Shown here: positions 62,439 to 64,000 of the stretch, piece after piece
How the letters are laid out: the number at the start of each line of letters is the position of its first letter
How positions within the stretch are numbered: the stretch's first letter is position 1
Assembly: GCA_963708295.1 (NCBI GenBank)
Contig: CAVPSJ010000011.1
Span: 64,001-128,000 of the forward strand
From: an uncultured delta proteobacterium
GTDB taxonomy: Bacteria; Desulfobacterota; BSN033; UBA1163
DNA length: 64,000 nt
Direction: 5' to 3'
Program-made: the position numbers and the translations under genes
Notes under the pieces: generated by a model
Told to the model about the DNA's origin: nothing
What the model saw: the letters and a program-made list of their open reading frames with translations, nothing else
Databases searched by the model: none

Positions 62439-63067
62439 ATGGAAAAACAGGTAGAAAGCCCAAACATATTTAAACCATCGGACAGATGAGGGATCTCCGA
62501 CTTCTTGAAGAGTTGGAGAAAAATCCTATCGTTTCCCAACGCGAGCTGAGTCACAAATTCGGCATCGCTTTAGGGGTAACGAATGCCTGCCTCAAAAGGA
62601 TGGCTCGGAAGGGGTTGATTCGAATCCGAGGTTTGAACCATCGGAAAATCGGATACTATTTAACTCCAAAAGGTTTTGCAGAGAAGGCGAAACTTACTCT
62701 TCATCTCATTTCTTATATCGTTCAACATTATTCAGAATTGAAGAAAATCATTAGTCAGAGACTCTTAGAGATGCAAGGCGATGGGTTGCAGCGGATTGTT
62801 TTTTACGGGGTGAGCGATGAGATGGAGGTTGCCTACGTTACTCTTCAGGGAGTGAATCTGAAGTTAGTTGGAATTGTTGAAGATGATGAGAAAATGACAC
62901 CTCAAATTATCTTTGGCTATGAAATAGAACCTGTGAGCCGTGTTCAGGAACTCAAACCCGACGGCATATTGATCACTTCTTTAACGGAGAACGAACAGAA
63001 AAGAGAGAGACTCAAAGGTATCTTCAAGCAAAATTCGATTTGTATAAAAGATATTTGCGTTCCATAA
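62439..63067 (+). CDS. MarR-type winged-helix regulator (EPS-locus-associated) with a C-terminal Rossmann-like domain
   Basis: SQRELS..GIALG.TN..LKRM..KG, YYLTPKG..EK; IVFYG..E. Start is at 62439 (with a frameshift) or 62486. Confidence 0.8.
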
Positions 63068-63193
63068 GGAAGCCAGGAAATGATGAATGGAAAGTTTTGA
63101 TTAAGGAGATTATCTTTCACGATGGATGTCTTACCTAAGTAGATTTTGGACACGAGACACAGACACGGTCACGTTATTTTCCGGATTGATGAA

Positions 63194-64000
63194 ATGAAGG
63201 TCATGACAGCCATGTATACGATTAGAAGAGGGGGGGCTTACGACAGGTTCATTATGATGCTTGAGGCCTTTCTGGATAGAAATTGTGAAACGCATTGTCT
63301 CTCGCTTACGCCTATCCCGATCACCAATTCTTATTTTCATAATCATGTCATGTATCTTCCACTTAAATCGGTACATGGATTAATTGCTAAATTGGCTGTA
63401 GTATTTGTATTCCCTCTATGGTCTTTCTGGGTCGCCTGGAGAGAGAAGATTGATCTTATTATCGCCTTCGGATCTCTCTATGCCTTTCTGCAAGGTTTTT
63501 CTAAGTGGATATTGAAAAAACCAATGGTGACATTGATCAGGGGAAGCTCCTACTTTGGCTTAACAACTCAAAGCTCACCCCGATACCTTCTTCATCTCAT
63601 TAAGATAGTTGAATATTTCGGGCTTCTACTTTCTGACCGGATCATCACTAATAATATGGCCACAAGAAATGAGATGTTAAAGAGGTTAGGCAAGAGGAAG
63701 AACATCGACGTCCAGATCTTGTATAACAATATCCCTCCAATGAACATTCGTGAACCAGAAGATATTTCCAATACGAGAGACAAATATGGCATTCCTGGAG
63801 ATGCAAAGGTTCTAGTGACCGCTGGCATTCTAAACCGGGGTAAGAACATTGAAACTCTTATAGAAAGTCCCTTTCGAAGATTCGAAATGAAAAACGTTTA
63901 TCTCATAATCGTTGGAGATGGCTCAACAGAGGCCGATTTAGGCTATAAAGATTCGCTGCAAGGATTCGCGAAGACAATTAGGGGTTGATAAAAAGGTTAT
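63194..64000 (+). CDS. GT4 glycosyltransferase, partial; probably continues past the window
   Basis: RGGAYDR, TAGILNRGKN, IIVGDG; the stop at 63988 is probably frameshift-derived. Confidence 0.75.

Overview
Chromosomal segment, most likely from a Desulfobacterota (Deltaproteobacteria)-type bacterium, inferred from gene order and protein families. Housekeeping content: ribD-ribE-ribBA-ribH-nusB, plsY, tRNA-Pro(CGG), rtcA-hflX-guaB...guaA-dnaE-accA-mutL, the type IV pilus operon pilB-pilT-pilC-pilS-pilR, a CusRS-like two-component pair, lepB, ribF, tRNA-Leu(CAG) and PBP1A. From about 47.5 kb there is a surface-glycosylation locus (GT2, asnB, four GT-C-like membrane proteins, a methyltransferase, GT4s, a MarR-like regulator) that surrounds three tandem pilin genes. 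Single-base frameshifts are dense beyond about 44 kb and hit essential genes, so they look like long-read assembly errors. The strongest candidates for undescribed biology are: (i) a three-gene MoxR-type AAA+ / orphan GXGXG (FwdC-like) beta-helix / VWA operon at 7.6-11.5 kb; (ii) two well-formed candidate sRNAs at 11.8 kb and 16.4 kb (the second sigma54-driven) that display anti-Shine-Dalgarno CCUCC motifs; (iii) an apparent AUU start codon for hflX; (iv) an L7/L12-like + FxLYD-like + catalytically degenerate EndoIII-[4Fe-4S] fusion protein; (v) intergenic inverted-repeat elements, one of which carries a GxxExxY gene. All calls come from reading the sequence by eye; no database searches or folding programs were run.
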